A stretch of DNA of 64,000 nt from Antedon mediterranea (lineage: Eukaryota > Animalia > Echinodermata), in contig NC_092675.1 in NCBI RefSeq assembly GCF_964355755.1, positions 13,139,812-13,203,811 on the forward strand, in the 5' to 3' direction. The notes under the pieces were generated by a model. The model was given only the letters and a program-made list of their open reading frames with translations. It did no database searches and was not told where the DNA came from. Shown piece after piece: positions 1 through 11,300 of the stretch. The translations under genes and the position numbers were made by a program. How positions within the stretch are numbered: the first letter of the stretch is position 1; each line of letters begins with the position of its first letter.

Positions 1-268
1 GAGACGTTTTAGACAAATTTGTGATTTTCGAAAAAACTTATCAACATAAAAACACCAAAGGGTTTAGAATAGCTTCAAATCGCATTTGGAGACGTTTTAG
101 ACCATTTTGTGATTTTGAAAAAACTTGTTAACATAAAAACACCAAAGTGCTTAGAATAGCTTCAAATCGCATTTGGAGACGTTTTAGACCATTTTGTGAT
201 TTTCGAAAAAACTTGTTAACATAAAAACACCAAAGTGCTTAGAATAGCTTCAAATCGTATTTGGAGAC

Positions 269-346
269 GTTTTAGACCATTTTGAGATTTTCGAAAAAAC
301 TTGGTTACACAAAAACATCAAAGTGCTTAAAATCACATTATAAACC
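269..346. repeat. Representative type B monomer (78 bp); type E (e.g. 521-598) shares its right half
   Basis: Ends in caaagtgcttaaaatcacattataaa(c/t)c and is 10 bp shorter than A. E differs in the left half (tgcatttcgatgaaac). Confidence 0.95.
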
Positions 347-433
347 GTTTTAGACCATTTTGAGCATTTCGGTAACACTTTTCACACAAAAACATCAAAG
401 AGCACAAAATAGCTTAATATCGTATTTAAAAAC
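347..433. repeat. Representative type C monomer (87 bp)
   Basis: Diagnostic right half caaagagcacaaaatagcttaatatcgtatttaaaaac; monomer starts at 347 and 434. Confidence 0.95.
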
Positions 434-520
434 GTTTTAGACCATTTTGAGCCTTTAGACAAAACTTTTTCACACAAAACACCAAAGTGCTTAGAATAGC
501 TTCAAATCGCATTTGGAGAC
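434..520. repeat. Representative type D monomer (87 bp)
   Basis: Left half ...acaaaactttttcacacaaaacac joined to the A-type right half; monomer starts at 434 and 521. Confidence 0.95.
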
Positions 521-773
521 GTTTTAGACCATTTTGTGCATTTCGATGAAACTTGGTTACACAAAAACATCAAAGTGCTTAAAATCACATTATAAATCGT
601 TTTAGACCATTTTGAGCATTTCGACAAAACTTTTTCACACAAAATACCAAAGTGCTTAGAATAGCTTCAAATCGCATTTGGAGACGTTTTAGACCATTTT
701 GTGATTTTCGAAAAAACTTTTTAACATAAAAACACCAAAGTGCTTAGAATAGCTTCAAATCACATTTGGAGAC

Positions 774-811
774 GTTTTAGACCATAAGTGCTTAGAATCA
801 CATTATAAACC
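774..811. repeat. 38-bp truncated monomer (128-bp deletion allele), 14 copies seen
   Basis: gttttagaccat|aagtgcttagaatcacattataaacc replaces a 166-bp A+B' pair (intact example 2359-2524). Confidence 0.93.
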
Positions 812-3800
812 GTTTTAGACCATTTTGAGCATTTCGATAACAATTTTCACACAAAAACATCAAAGAGCACAAAATAGCTTAATATCGTATTTAAAAATGT
901 TTTAGACCATTTTGAGCATTTAGATAAAACTTTTTCACACAAAACACCAAAGTGCTTAGAATAGCTTCAAATCGCATTTGGAGACGTTTTAGACCATTTT
1001 GTGATTTTTGAAAAAACTTGTTAACATAAAAACACCAAAGTGCTTAGAATAGCTTCAAATCACATTTGGAGACGTTTTAGACCATTTTGTGATTTTCGAA
1101 AAAACTTGTTAACATAAAAACACGAAAGTGCTTAGAATAGCTTCAAATCGCATTTGGAAACGTTTTAGACCATTTAGTGATTTTCGAAAAAACTTGTTAA
1201 CATAAAAACACGAAAGTGCTTAGAATAGCTTCAAATCGCATTTGGAAACGTTTTAGACCATTTTGTGATTTTCGAAAAAAATTGTTAACATAAAAACACC
1301 AAAGTGTTTAGAATAGCTTCAAATCGCATTTGGAGACGTTTTAGACCAATTTGTGATTTTCGAAAAAACTTATCAACATAAAAACACCAAAGGGTTTAGA
1401 ATAGCTTCAAATCGCATTTGGAGACGTTTTAGACCATTTTGTGATTTTCGAAAAAACTTGTTAACATAAAAACACGAAAGTGCTTAGAATAGCTTCAAAT
1501 CGCATTTGGAAACGTTTTAGACCATTTTGTGATTTTCGAAAAAACTTGTTAACATAAAAACATGAAAGTGCTTAGAATAGCTTCAAATCGTATTTGGAGA
1601 CGTTTTAGACCATTTTGAGATTTTCGAAAAAACTTGGTTACACAAAAACATCAAAGTGCTTAAAATCACATTATAAACCGTTTTAGACCATTTTGAACAT
1701 TTCGATAACACTTTTCACACAAAAACATCAAAGAGCACAAAATAGCTTAATATCGTATTTAAAAACGTTTTAGACCATTTTGAGCATTTCGACAAAACTT
1801 TTTCACACAAAACACCAAAGTGCTTAGAATAGCTTCAAATCGCATTTGGAGAAGTTTTAGACCAATTTGTGCATTTCGATGAAACTTGATTACACAAAAA
1901 CATCAACGTGCTTAAAATCACATTATAAACCGTTTTAGACCATTTTGAGCATTTCGATAACACTTTTCACACAAAAACATCAAAGAGCACAAAATAGCTT
2001 AATATCGTATTTAAAAACGTTTTAGACCATTTTGAGCATTTAGACAAAACTTTTTCACACAAAACACCAAAGTGCTTAGAATAGCTTCAAATCGCATTTG
2101 GAGACGTTTTAGACCATTTTGTGCATTTCGATGAAGCTTGGTTACACAAAAACATCAAAGTGCTTAAAATCACATTATAAATCGTTTTAGACCATTTTGA
2201 GCATTTCGACAAAACTTTTTCACACAAAATACCAAAGGGCTTAGAATAGCTTCAAATCGCATTTGGAGACGTTTTAGACCATTTTGTGATTTTCGAAAAA
2301 ACTTTTTAACATAAAAACACCAAAGTGCTTAGAATAGCTTCAAATCACATTTGGAGACGTTTTAGACCATTTTGTGATTTTCGAAAAAACTTGTTAACAT
2401 AAAAACACGAAAGTGCTTAGAATAGCTTCAAATCGCATTTGGAAACGTTTTAGACCATTTTGTGATTTTCGAAAAAAATTGTTAACATAAAAACACCAAA
2501 GTGCTTAGAATCACATTATAAACCGTTTTAGACCATTTTGAGCATTTCGATAACAATTTTCACACAAAAACATCAAAGAGCACAAAATAGCTTAATATCG
2601 TATTTAAAAATGTTTTAGACCATTTTGAGCATTTAGATAAAACTTTTTCACACAAAACACCAAAGTGCTTAGAATAGCTTCAAATCGCATTTGGAGACGT
2701 TTTAGACCATTTTGTGATTTTTGAAAAAACTTGTTAACATAAAAACACCAAAGTGTTAGAATAGCTTCAAATCACATTTGGAGACGTTTTAGACTATTTT
2801 GTGATTTTCGAAAAAACTTGTTAACATAAAAACACCAAAGTGCTTAGAATAGCTTCAAATCGTATTTGGAGACGTTTTAGACCATTTTGAGATTTTCGAA
2901 AAAACTTGGTTACACAAAAACATCAAAGTGCTTAAAATCACATTATAAACCGTTTTAGACCATTTTGAGAATTTCGATAACACTTTTCACACAAAAACAT
3001 CAAAGAGCACAAAATAGCTTAATATCGTATTTAAAAACGTTTTAGACCATTTTGAGCATTTCGACAAAACTTTTTCACACAAAACACCAAAGTGCTTAGA
3101 ATAGCTTCAAATCGCATTTGGAGACGTTTTAGACCAATTTGTGCATTTCGATGAAACTTGATTACACAAAAACATCAACGTGCTTAAAATCACATTATAA
3201 ACCGTTTTAGACCATTTTGAGCATTTCGATAACACTTTTCACACAAAAACATCAAAGAGCACAAAATAGCTTAATATCGTATTTAAAAACGTTTTAGACC
3301 ATTTTGAGCATTTAGACAAAACTTTTTCACACAAAACACCAAAGTGCTTAGAATAGCTTCAAATCGCATTTGGAGACGTTTTAGACCATTTTGTGCATTT
3401 CGATGAAACTTGGTTACACAAAAACATCAAAGTGCTTAAAATCACATTATAAATCGTTTTAGACCATTTTGAGCATTTCGACAAAACTTTTTCACACAAA
3501 ATACCAAAGGGCTTAGAATAGCTTCAAATCGCATTTGGAGACGTTTTAGACCATTTTGTGATTTTCGAAAAAACTTTTTTAACATAAAAAGACCAAAGTG
3601 CTTAGAATAGCTTCAAATCACATTTGGAGACGTTTTAGACCATTTTGTGATTTTCGAAAAAACTTGTTAACATAAAAACACGAAAGTGCTTAGAATAGCT
3701 TCAAATCGCATTTGGAAACGTTTTAGACCATTTTGTGATTTTCGAAAAAAATTGTTAACATAAAAACACCAAAGTGCTTAGAATCACATTATAAACCGTT

Positions 3801-5247
3801 TTAGACCATTTTGAGCATTTCGATAACAATTTTCACACAAAAACATCAAAGAGCACAAAATAGCTTAATATCGTATTTAAAAATGTTTTAGACCATTTTG
3901 AGCATTTAGATAAAACTTTTTCACACAAAACACCAAAGTGCTTAGAATAGCTTCAAATCGCATTTGGAGACGGTTTAGACCATTTTGTGATTTTGAAAAA
4001 ACTTGTTAACATAAAAACACCAAAGTGCTTAGAATAGCTTCAAATCGCATTTGGAGACGTTTTAGACCATTTTGTGATTTTCGAAAGAACTTGTTAACAT
4101 AAAAACACCAAAGTGCTTAGAATAGCTTCAAATCGTATTTGGAGACGTTTTAGACCCTTTTGAGATTTTCGAAAAAACTTGGTTACACAAAAACATCAAA
4201 GTGCTTAAAATCACATTATAAACCGTTTTAGACCATTTTGAACATTTCGATAACACTTTTCACACAAAAACATCAAAGAGCACAAAATAGCTTAATATCG
4301 TATTTAAAAACGTTTTAGACCATTTTCAGCATTTCGACAAAACTTTTTCACACCAAAGTGCTTAGAATAGCTTCAAATCGCATTTGGAGACGTTTTAGAC
4401 CAATTTGTGCATTTCGATGAAACTTGATTACACAAAAACATCAACGTGCTTAAAATCACATTATAAACCGTTTTAGACCATTTTGAGCATTTCGAAAACA
4501 CTTTTCACACAAAAACATCAAAGAGCACAAAATAGCTTAATATCGTATTTAAAAACGTTTTAGACCATTTTTTGAGCATTTAGACAAAACTTTTTCACAC
4601 AAAACACCAAAGTGCTTAGAATAGCTTCAAATCGCATTTGGAGACGTTTTAGACCATTTTGTGACTTTCGAAAAAACTTATCAACATAAAAACACCAAAG
4701 GGTTTAGAATAGCTTCAAATCGCATTTGGAGACGTTTTAGACCATTTTGTGATTTTTGAAAAAACTTGTTAACATAAAAACACCAAAGTGCTTAGAATAG
4801 CTTCAAATCACATTTGGAGACGTTTTAGACCATTTTGTGATTTTCGAAAAAACTTGTTAACATAAAAACACGAAAGTGCTTAGAATAGCTTCAAATCGCA
4901 TTTGGAAACGTTTTAGACCATTTTGTGATTTTCGAAAAAGATTGTTAACATAAAAACACCAAAGTGCTTAGAATCACAATATAAACCGTTTTAGACCATT
5001 TTGAGCATTTCGATAACAATTTTCACACAAAAACATCAAAGAGCACAAAATAGCTTAATATCGTATTTAAAAATGTTTTAGACCATTTTGAGCATTTAGA
5101 TAAAATTTTTCACACAAAACACCAAAGTGCTTAGAAAAGCTTCAAATCGCATTTGGAGACGGTTTAGACCATTTTGTGATTTTGAAAAAACTTGTTAACA
5201 TAAAAACACCAAAGTGCTTAGAATAGCTTCAAATCGCATTTGGAGAC

Positions 5248-5335
5248 GTTTTAGACCATTTTGTGATTTTCGAAAAAACTTGTTAACATAAAAACACCAA
5301 AGTGCTTAGAATAGCTTCAAATCGCATTTGGAGAC
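5248..5335. repeat. Representative type A monomer (88 bp consensus)
   Basis: gttttagaccattttgtgattttcgaaaaaacttgttaacataaaaacaccaaagtgcttagaatagcttcaaatcgcatttggagac; the next copy starts at 5336; 28/88 G+C. Confidence 0.97.
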
Positions 5336-8300
5336 GTTTTAGACCATTTTGTGATTTTCGAAAAAACTTGTTAACATAAAAACACCAAAGTGCTTAGAAT
5401 AGCTTCAAATCGTATTTGGAGACGTTTTAGACCATTTTGAGATTTTCGAAAAAACTTGGTTACACAAAAACATCAAAGTGCTTAAAATCACATTATAAAC
5501 CGTTTTAGACCATTTTGAGCATTTCGATAACACTTTTCACACAAAAACATCAAAGAGCACAAAATAGCTTAATATCGTATTTAAAAACGTTTTAGACCAT
5601 TTTGAGCATTTCGACAAAACTTTTTCACACAAAACACCAAAGTGCTTAGAATAGCTTCAAATCGCATTTGGAGACGTTTTAGACCAATTTGTGCATTTCG
5701 ATGAAACTTGATTACACAAAAACATCAAAGTGCTTAAAATCACATTATAAACCGTTTTAGACCATTTTGAGCATTTCGATAACACTTTTCACACAAAAAC
5801 ATCAAAGAGCACAAAATAGCTTAATATCGTATTTAAAAACGTTTTAGACCATTTTGAGCATTTAGACAAAACTTTTTCACACAAAACACCAAAGTGCTTA
5901 GAATAGCTTCAAATCGCATTTGGAGACGTTTTAGAACATTTTGTGTTTTTCGAAAAAAACTGTTAACATAAAAACACCAAAGTGCTTAGAATAGCTTCAA
6001 ATCGCATTTGGAGACGTTTTAGAACATTTTGTGTTCTTCGAAAAAACCTGTTAACATAAAAACACCAAAGTGCTTAGAATAGCTTCAAATCGCATTTGGA
6101 GACGTTTTAGACCATTTTGTGATTTTTGAAAAAACCTGTTAACATAAAAACACCAAAGTTCTTAGAATAGCTTCAAATCACATTTGGAGACGTTTTAGAC
6201 CATTTTGTGATTTTCGAAAAAACTTGTTAACATAAAAACACGAAAGTGCTTAGAATAGCTTCAAATCGCATTTGGAAACGTTTTAGACCATTTTGTGATT
6301 TTCGAAAAAGATTGTTAACATAAAAACACCAAAGTGCTTAGAATCACAATATAAACCGTTTTAGACCATTTTGAGCATTTCGATAACAATTTTCACACAA
6401 AAACATCAAAGAGCACAAAATAGCTTAATATCGTATTTAAAAATGTTTTAGACCATTTTGAGCATTTAGATAAAATTTTTCACACAAAACACCAAAGTGC
6501 TTAGAATAGCTTCAAATCGCATTTGAAGACGGTTTAGACCATTTTGTGATTTTGAAAAAACTTGTTAACATAAAAACACCAAAGTGCTAAGAATAGCTTC
6601 AAATCGCATTTGGAGACGTTTTAGACCATTTTGTGATTTTCGAAAAAACTTGTTAACATAAAAACACCAAAGTGCTTAGAATAGCTTCAAATCGTATTTG
6701 GAGACGTTTTAGACCATTTTGAGATTTTCGAAAAAACTTGGTTACACAAAAACATCAAAGTGCTTAAAATCACATTATAAACCGTTTTAGACCATTTTGA
6801 ACATTTCGATAACACTTTTCACACAAAAACATCAAAGAGCACAAAATAGCTTAATATCGTATTTAAAAACGTTTTAGACCTTTTTAAGCATTTCGACAAA
6901 ACTTTTTCACACAAAACACCAAAGTGCTTAGAATAGCTTCAAATCGCATTTGGAGACGTTTTAGACCAATTTGTGCATTTCGATGAAACTTGATTACACA
7001 AAAACATCAACGTGCTTAAAATGACATTATAAACCGTTTTAGACCATTTTGAGCATTTCGATAACACTTTTCACACAAAAACATCAAAGAGCACAAAATA
7101 GCTTAATATCGTATTTAAAAACGTTTTAGACCATTTTGAGCATTTAGACAAAACTTTTTCACACAAAACACCAAAGTGCTTAGAATAGCTTCAAATCGCA
7201 TTTGGAGACGTTTTAGACCATTTTGTGATTTTTGAAAAAACTTGTTAACATAAAAACACCAAAGTGCTTAGAATAGCTTCAAATCACATTTGGAGACGTT
7301 TTAGACCATTTTGTGATTTTCGAAAAAACTTATCAACATAAAAACACCAAAGGGTTTAGAATAGCTTCAAATCGCATTTGGAGACGTTTTAGACCATTTT
7401 GTGATTTTGAAAAAACTTGTTAACATAAAAACACCAAAGTGCTTAGAATAGCTTCAAATCGCATTTGGAGACGTTTTAGACTATTTTGTGATTTTCGAAA
7501 AAACTTGTTAACATAAAAACACCAAAGTGCTTAAAATCACATTATAAACCGTTTTAGACCATTTTGAGAATTTCGATAACACTTTTCACACAAAAACATC
7601 AAAGAGCACAAAATAGCTTAATATCGTATTTAAAAACGTTTTAGACCATTTTGAGCATTTCGACAAAACTTTTTCACACAAAACACCAAAGTGCGTAGAA
7701 TAGCTTCAAATCGCATTTGGAGACGTTTTAGACCAATTTGTGCATTTCGATGAAACTTGATTACACAAAAACATCAAAGTGCTTAAAATCACATTATAAA
7801 CCGTTTTAGACCATTTTGAGCATTTCGATAACACTTTTCACACAAAAACATCAAAGAGCACAAAATAGCTTAATATCGTATTTAAAAACGTTTTAGACCA
7901 TTTTGAGCATTTAGACAAAACTTTTTCACACAAAACACCAAAGTGCTTAGAATAGCTTCAAATCGCATTTGGAGACGTTTTAGACCATTTTGTGCATTTC
8001 GATGAAACTTGGTTACACAAAAACATCAAAGTGCTTAAAATCACATTATAAATCGTTTTAGACCATTTTGAGCATTTCGACAAAACTTTTTCACACAAAA
8101 TACCAAAGTGCTTAGAATAGCTTCAAATCGCATTTGGAGACGTTTTAGACCATTTTGTGATTTTCGAAAAAACTTTTTAACATAAAAACACCAAAGTGCT
8201 TAGAATAGCTTCAAATCACATTTGGAGACATTTTAGACCATAAGTGCTTAGAATCACATTATAAACCGTTTTAGACCATTTTGAGCATTTCGATAACAAT

Positions 8301-11300
8301 TTTCACACAAAAACATCAAAGAGCACAAAATAGCTTAATATCGTATTTAAAAATGTTTTAGACCATTTTGAGCATTTAGATAAAACTTTTTCACACAAAA
8401 CACCAAAGTGCTTAGAATAGCTTCAAATCGCATTTGGAGACGTTTTAGACCAATTTGTGATTTTTGAAAAAACTTGTTAACATAAAAACACCAAAGTGCT
8501 TAGAATAGCTTCAAATCACATTTGGAGACGTTTTAGACCATTTTGTGATTTTGAACAAACTTGTTAACATAAAAACACCAAAGTGCTTAGAATAGCTTCA
8601 AATCGTATTTGGAGACGTTTTAGACCATTTTGAGATTTTCGAAAAAACTTGGTTACACAAAAACATCAAAGTGCTTAAAATCACATTATAAACCGTTTTA
8701 GACCATTTTGAGCATTTCGATAACACTTTTCACACAAAAACATCAAAGAGCACAAAATAGCTTAATATCGTATTTAAAAACGTTTTAGACCATTTTGAGC
8801 ATTTCGACAAAACTTTTTCACACAAAACACCAAAGTGCTTAGAATAGCTTCAAATCGCATTTGGAGACGTTTTAGACCAATTTGTGCATTTCGATGAAAC
8901 TTGATTACACAAAAACATCAAAGTGCTTAAAATCACATTATAAAACGTTTTAGACCATTTTGAGCATTTCGATAACACTTTTCACACAAAAACATCAAAG
9001 AGCACAAAATAGCTTAATATCGTATTTAAAAACGTTTTAGACCATTTTGAGCATTTAGACAAAACTTTTTCACACAAAACACCAAAGTGCTTAGAATAGC
9101 TTCAAATCGCATTTGGAGACGTTTTAGACCATTTTGTGCATTTCGATGAAACTTGGTTACACAAAAACATCAAAGTGCTTAAAATCACATTATAAATCGT
9201 TTTAGACCATTTTGAGCATTTCGACAAAACTTTTTCACACAAAATACCAAAGTGCTTAGAATAGCTTCAAATCGCATTTGGAGACGTTTTAGACCATTTT
9301 GTGATTTTCGAAAAAACTTTTTAACATAAAAACACCAAAGTGCTTAGATTAGCTTCAAATCACATTTGGAGACATTTTAGACCATTTTGTGATTTTCGAA
9401 AAAACTTGTTAACATAAAAACACGAAGTGCTTAGAATAGCTTCAAATCGCATTTGGAAACGTTTTAGACCATTTTGTGATTTTCGAAAAAACTTGTTAAC
9501 ATAAAAACACGAAAGTGCTTAGAATAGCTTCAAATCGCATTTGGAAACGTTTTAGACCATTTTGTGATTTTCGAAAAAAAATTGTTAACATAAAAACACC
9601 AAAGTGTTTAGAATAGCTTCAAATCGCATTTGGAGACGTTTTAGACCAATTTGTGATTTTCGAAAAAACTTATCAACATAAAAACACCAAAGGGTTTAGA
9701 ATAGCTTCAAATCGCATTTGGAGACGTTTTAGACCATTTTGTGATTTTGAAAAAACTCGTTAACATAAAAACACCAAAGTGCTTAGAATAGCTTCAAATC
9801 GCATTTGGAGACGTTTTAGACCATTTTGTGATTTTCGAAAAAACTTGTTAACATAAAAACACCAAAGTGCTTAGAATAGCTTCAAATCGTATTTGGAGAC
9901 GTTTTAGACCATTTTGAGATTTTCGAAAAAACTTGGTTACACAAAAACATCAAAGTGCTTAAAATCACATTATAAACCGTTTTAGACCATTTTGAGCATT
10001 TCGGTAACACTTTTCACACAAAAACATCAAAGAGCACAAAATAGCTTAATATCGTATTTAAAAACGTTTTAGACCATTTTGAGCCTTTAGACAAAACTTT
10101 TTCACACAAAACACCAAAGTGCTTAGAATAGCTTCAAATCGCATTTGGAGACGTTTTAGACCATTTTGTGCATTTCGATGAAACTTGGTTACACAAAAAC
10201 ATCAAAGTGCTTAAAATCACATTATAAATCGTTTTAGACCATTTTGAGCATTTCGACAAAACTTTTTCACACAAAATACCAAAGTGCTTAGAATAGCTTC
10301 AAATCGCATTTGGAGACGTTTTAGACCATTTTGTGATTTTCGAAAAAACTTTTTAACATAAAAACACCAAAGTGCTTAGAATAGCTTCAAATCACATTTG
10401 GAGACGTTTTAGACCATAAGTGCTTAGAATCACATTATAAACCGTTTTAGACCATTTTGAGCATTTCGATAACAATTTTCACACAAAAACATCAAAGAGC
10501 ACAAAATAGCTTAATATCGTATTTAAAAATGTTTTAGACCATTTTGAGCATTTAGATAAAACTTTTTCACACAAAACACCAAAGTGCTTAGAATAGCTTC
10601 AAATCGCATTTGGAGACGTTTTAGACCATTTTGTGATTTTTGAAAAAACTTGTTAACATAAAAACACCAAAGTGCTTAGAATAGCTTCAAATCACATTTG
10701 GAGACGTTTTAGACCATTTTGTGATTTTCGAAAAAACTTGTTAACATAAAAACACGAAAGTGCTTAGAATAGCTTCAAATCGCATTTGGAAACGTTTTAG
10801 ACCATTTAGTGATTTTCGAAAAAACTTGTTAACATAAAAACACGAAAGTGCTTAGAATAGCTTCAAATCGCATTTGGAAACGTTTTAGACCATTTTGTGA
10901 TTTTCGAAAAAAATTGTTAACATAAAAACACCAAAGTGTTTAGAATAGCTTCAAATCGCATTTGGAGACGTTTTAGACCAATTTGTGATTTTCGAAAAAA
11001 CTTATCAACATAAAAACACCAAAGGGTTTAGAATAGCTTCAAATCGCATTTGGAGACGTTTTAGACCATTTTGTGATTTTCGAAAAAACTTGTTAACATA
11101 AAAACACGAAAGTGCTTAGAATAGCTTCAAATCGCATTTGGAAACGTTTTAGACCATTTTGTGATTTTCGAAAAAACTTGTTAACATAAAAACATGAAAG
11201 TGCTTAGAATAGCTTCAAATCGTATTTGGAGACGTTTTAGACCATTTTGTGATTTTCGAAAAAAACTGTTAACATAAAAACACCAAAGTGCTTAGAATAG

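Larger units (their letters stand above)
269..1601. repeat. Short HOR variant, 16 monomers, 1333 bp
   Basis: B,C,D,E,D,A,38-mer,C,D,7xA sums to 1333. It is marked by ggtaac/gcctttag/ccatttagtg; related copies start at 9901, 18786, 22259, 53180 and 62342. Confidence 0.85.

Noticed and set aside
59-68. agggtttag, a 9-nt match to the plant telomere repeat (TTTAGGG)n
   Set aside because: It is a two-substitution variant of aagtgcttag, is never tandem, and is expected by chance.
329-346. TATAAA / TATAAT promoter-like motifs in B/E monomers
   Set aside because: Expected in AT-rich repeats; there is no downstream gene or other supporting evidence.
181-520. CRISPR-like look: units begin GTTTTAGA like type II-A repeats and C ends in AAAAC
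   Set aside because: The intervening sequences are themselves repeated hundreds of times rather than being unique spacers. There is no leader or cas gene, and the similarity is only 8 bp.
5268-5284. CENP-B-box-like TTCG....A
   Set aside because: It lacks the essential 3' CGGG half of the NTTCGNNNNANNCGGGN motif.
5248-5335. Absence of CAG/CTG in the consensus as a sign of plant CHG methylation
   Set aside because: Only about 1-2 such sites are expected in 88 bp at this composition, so the absence is not significant.
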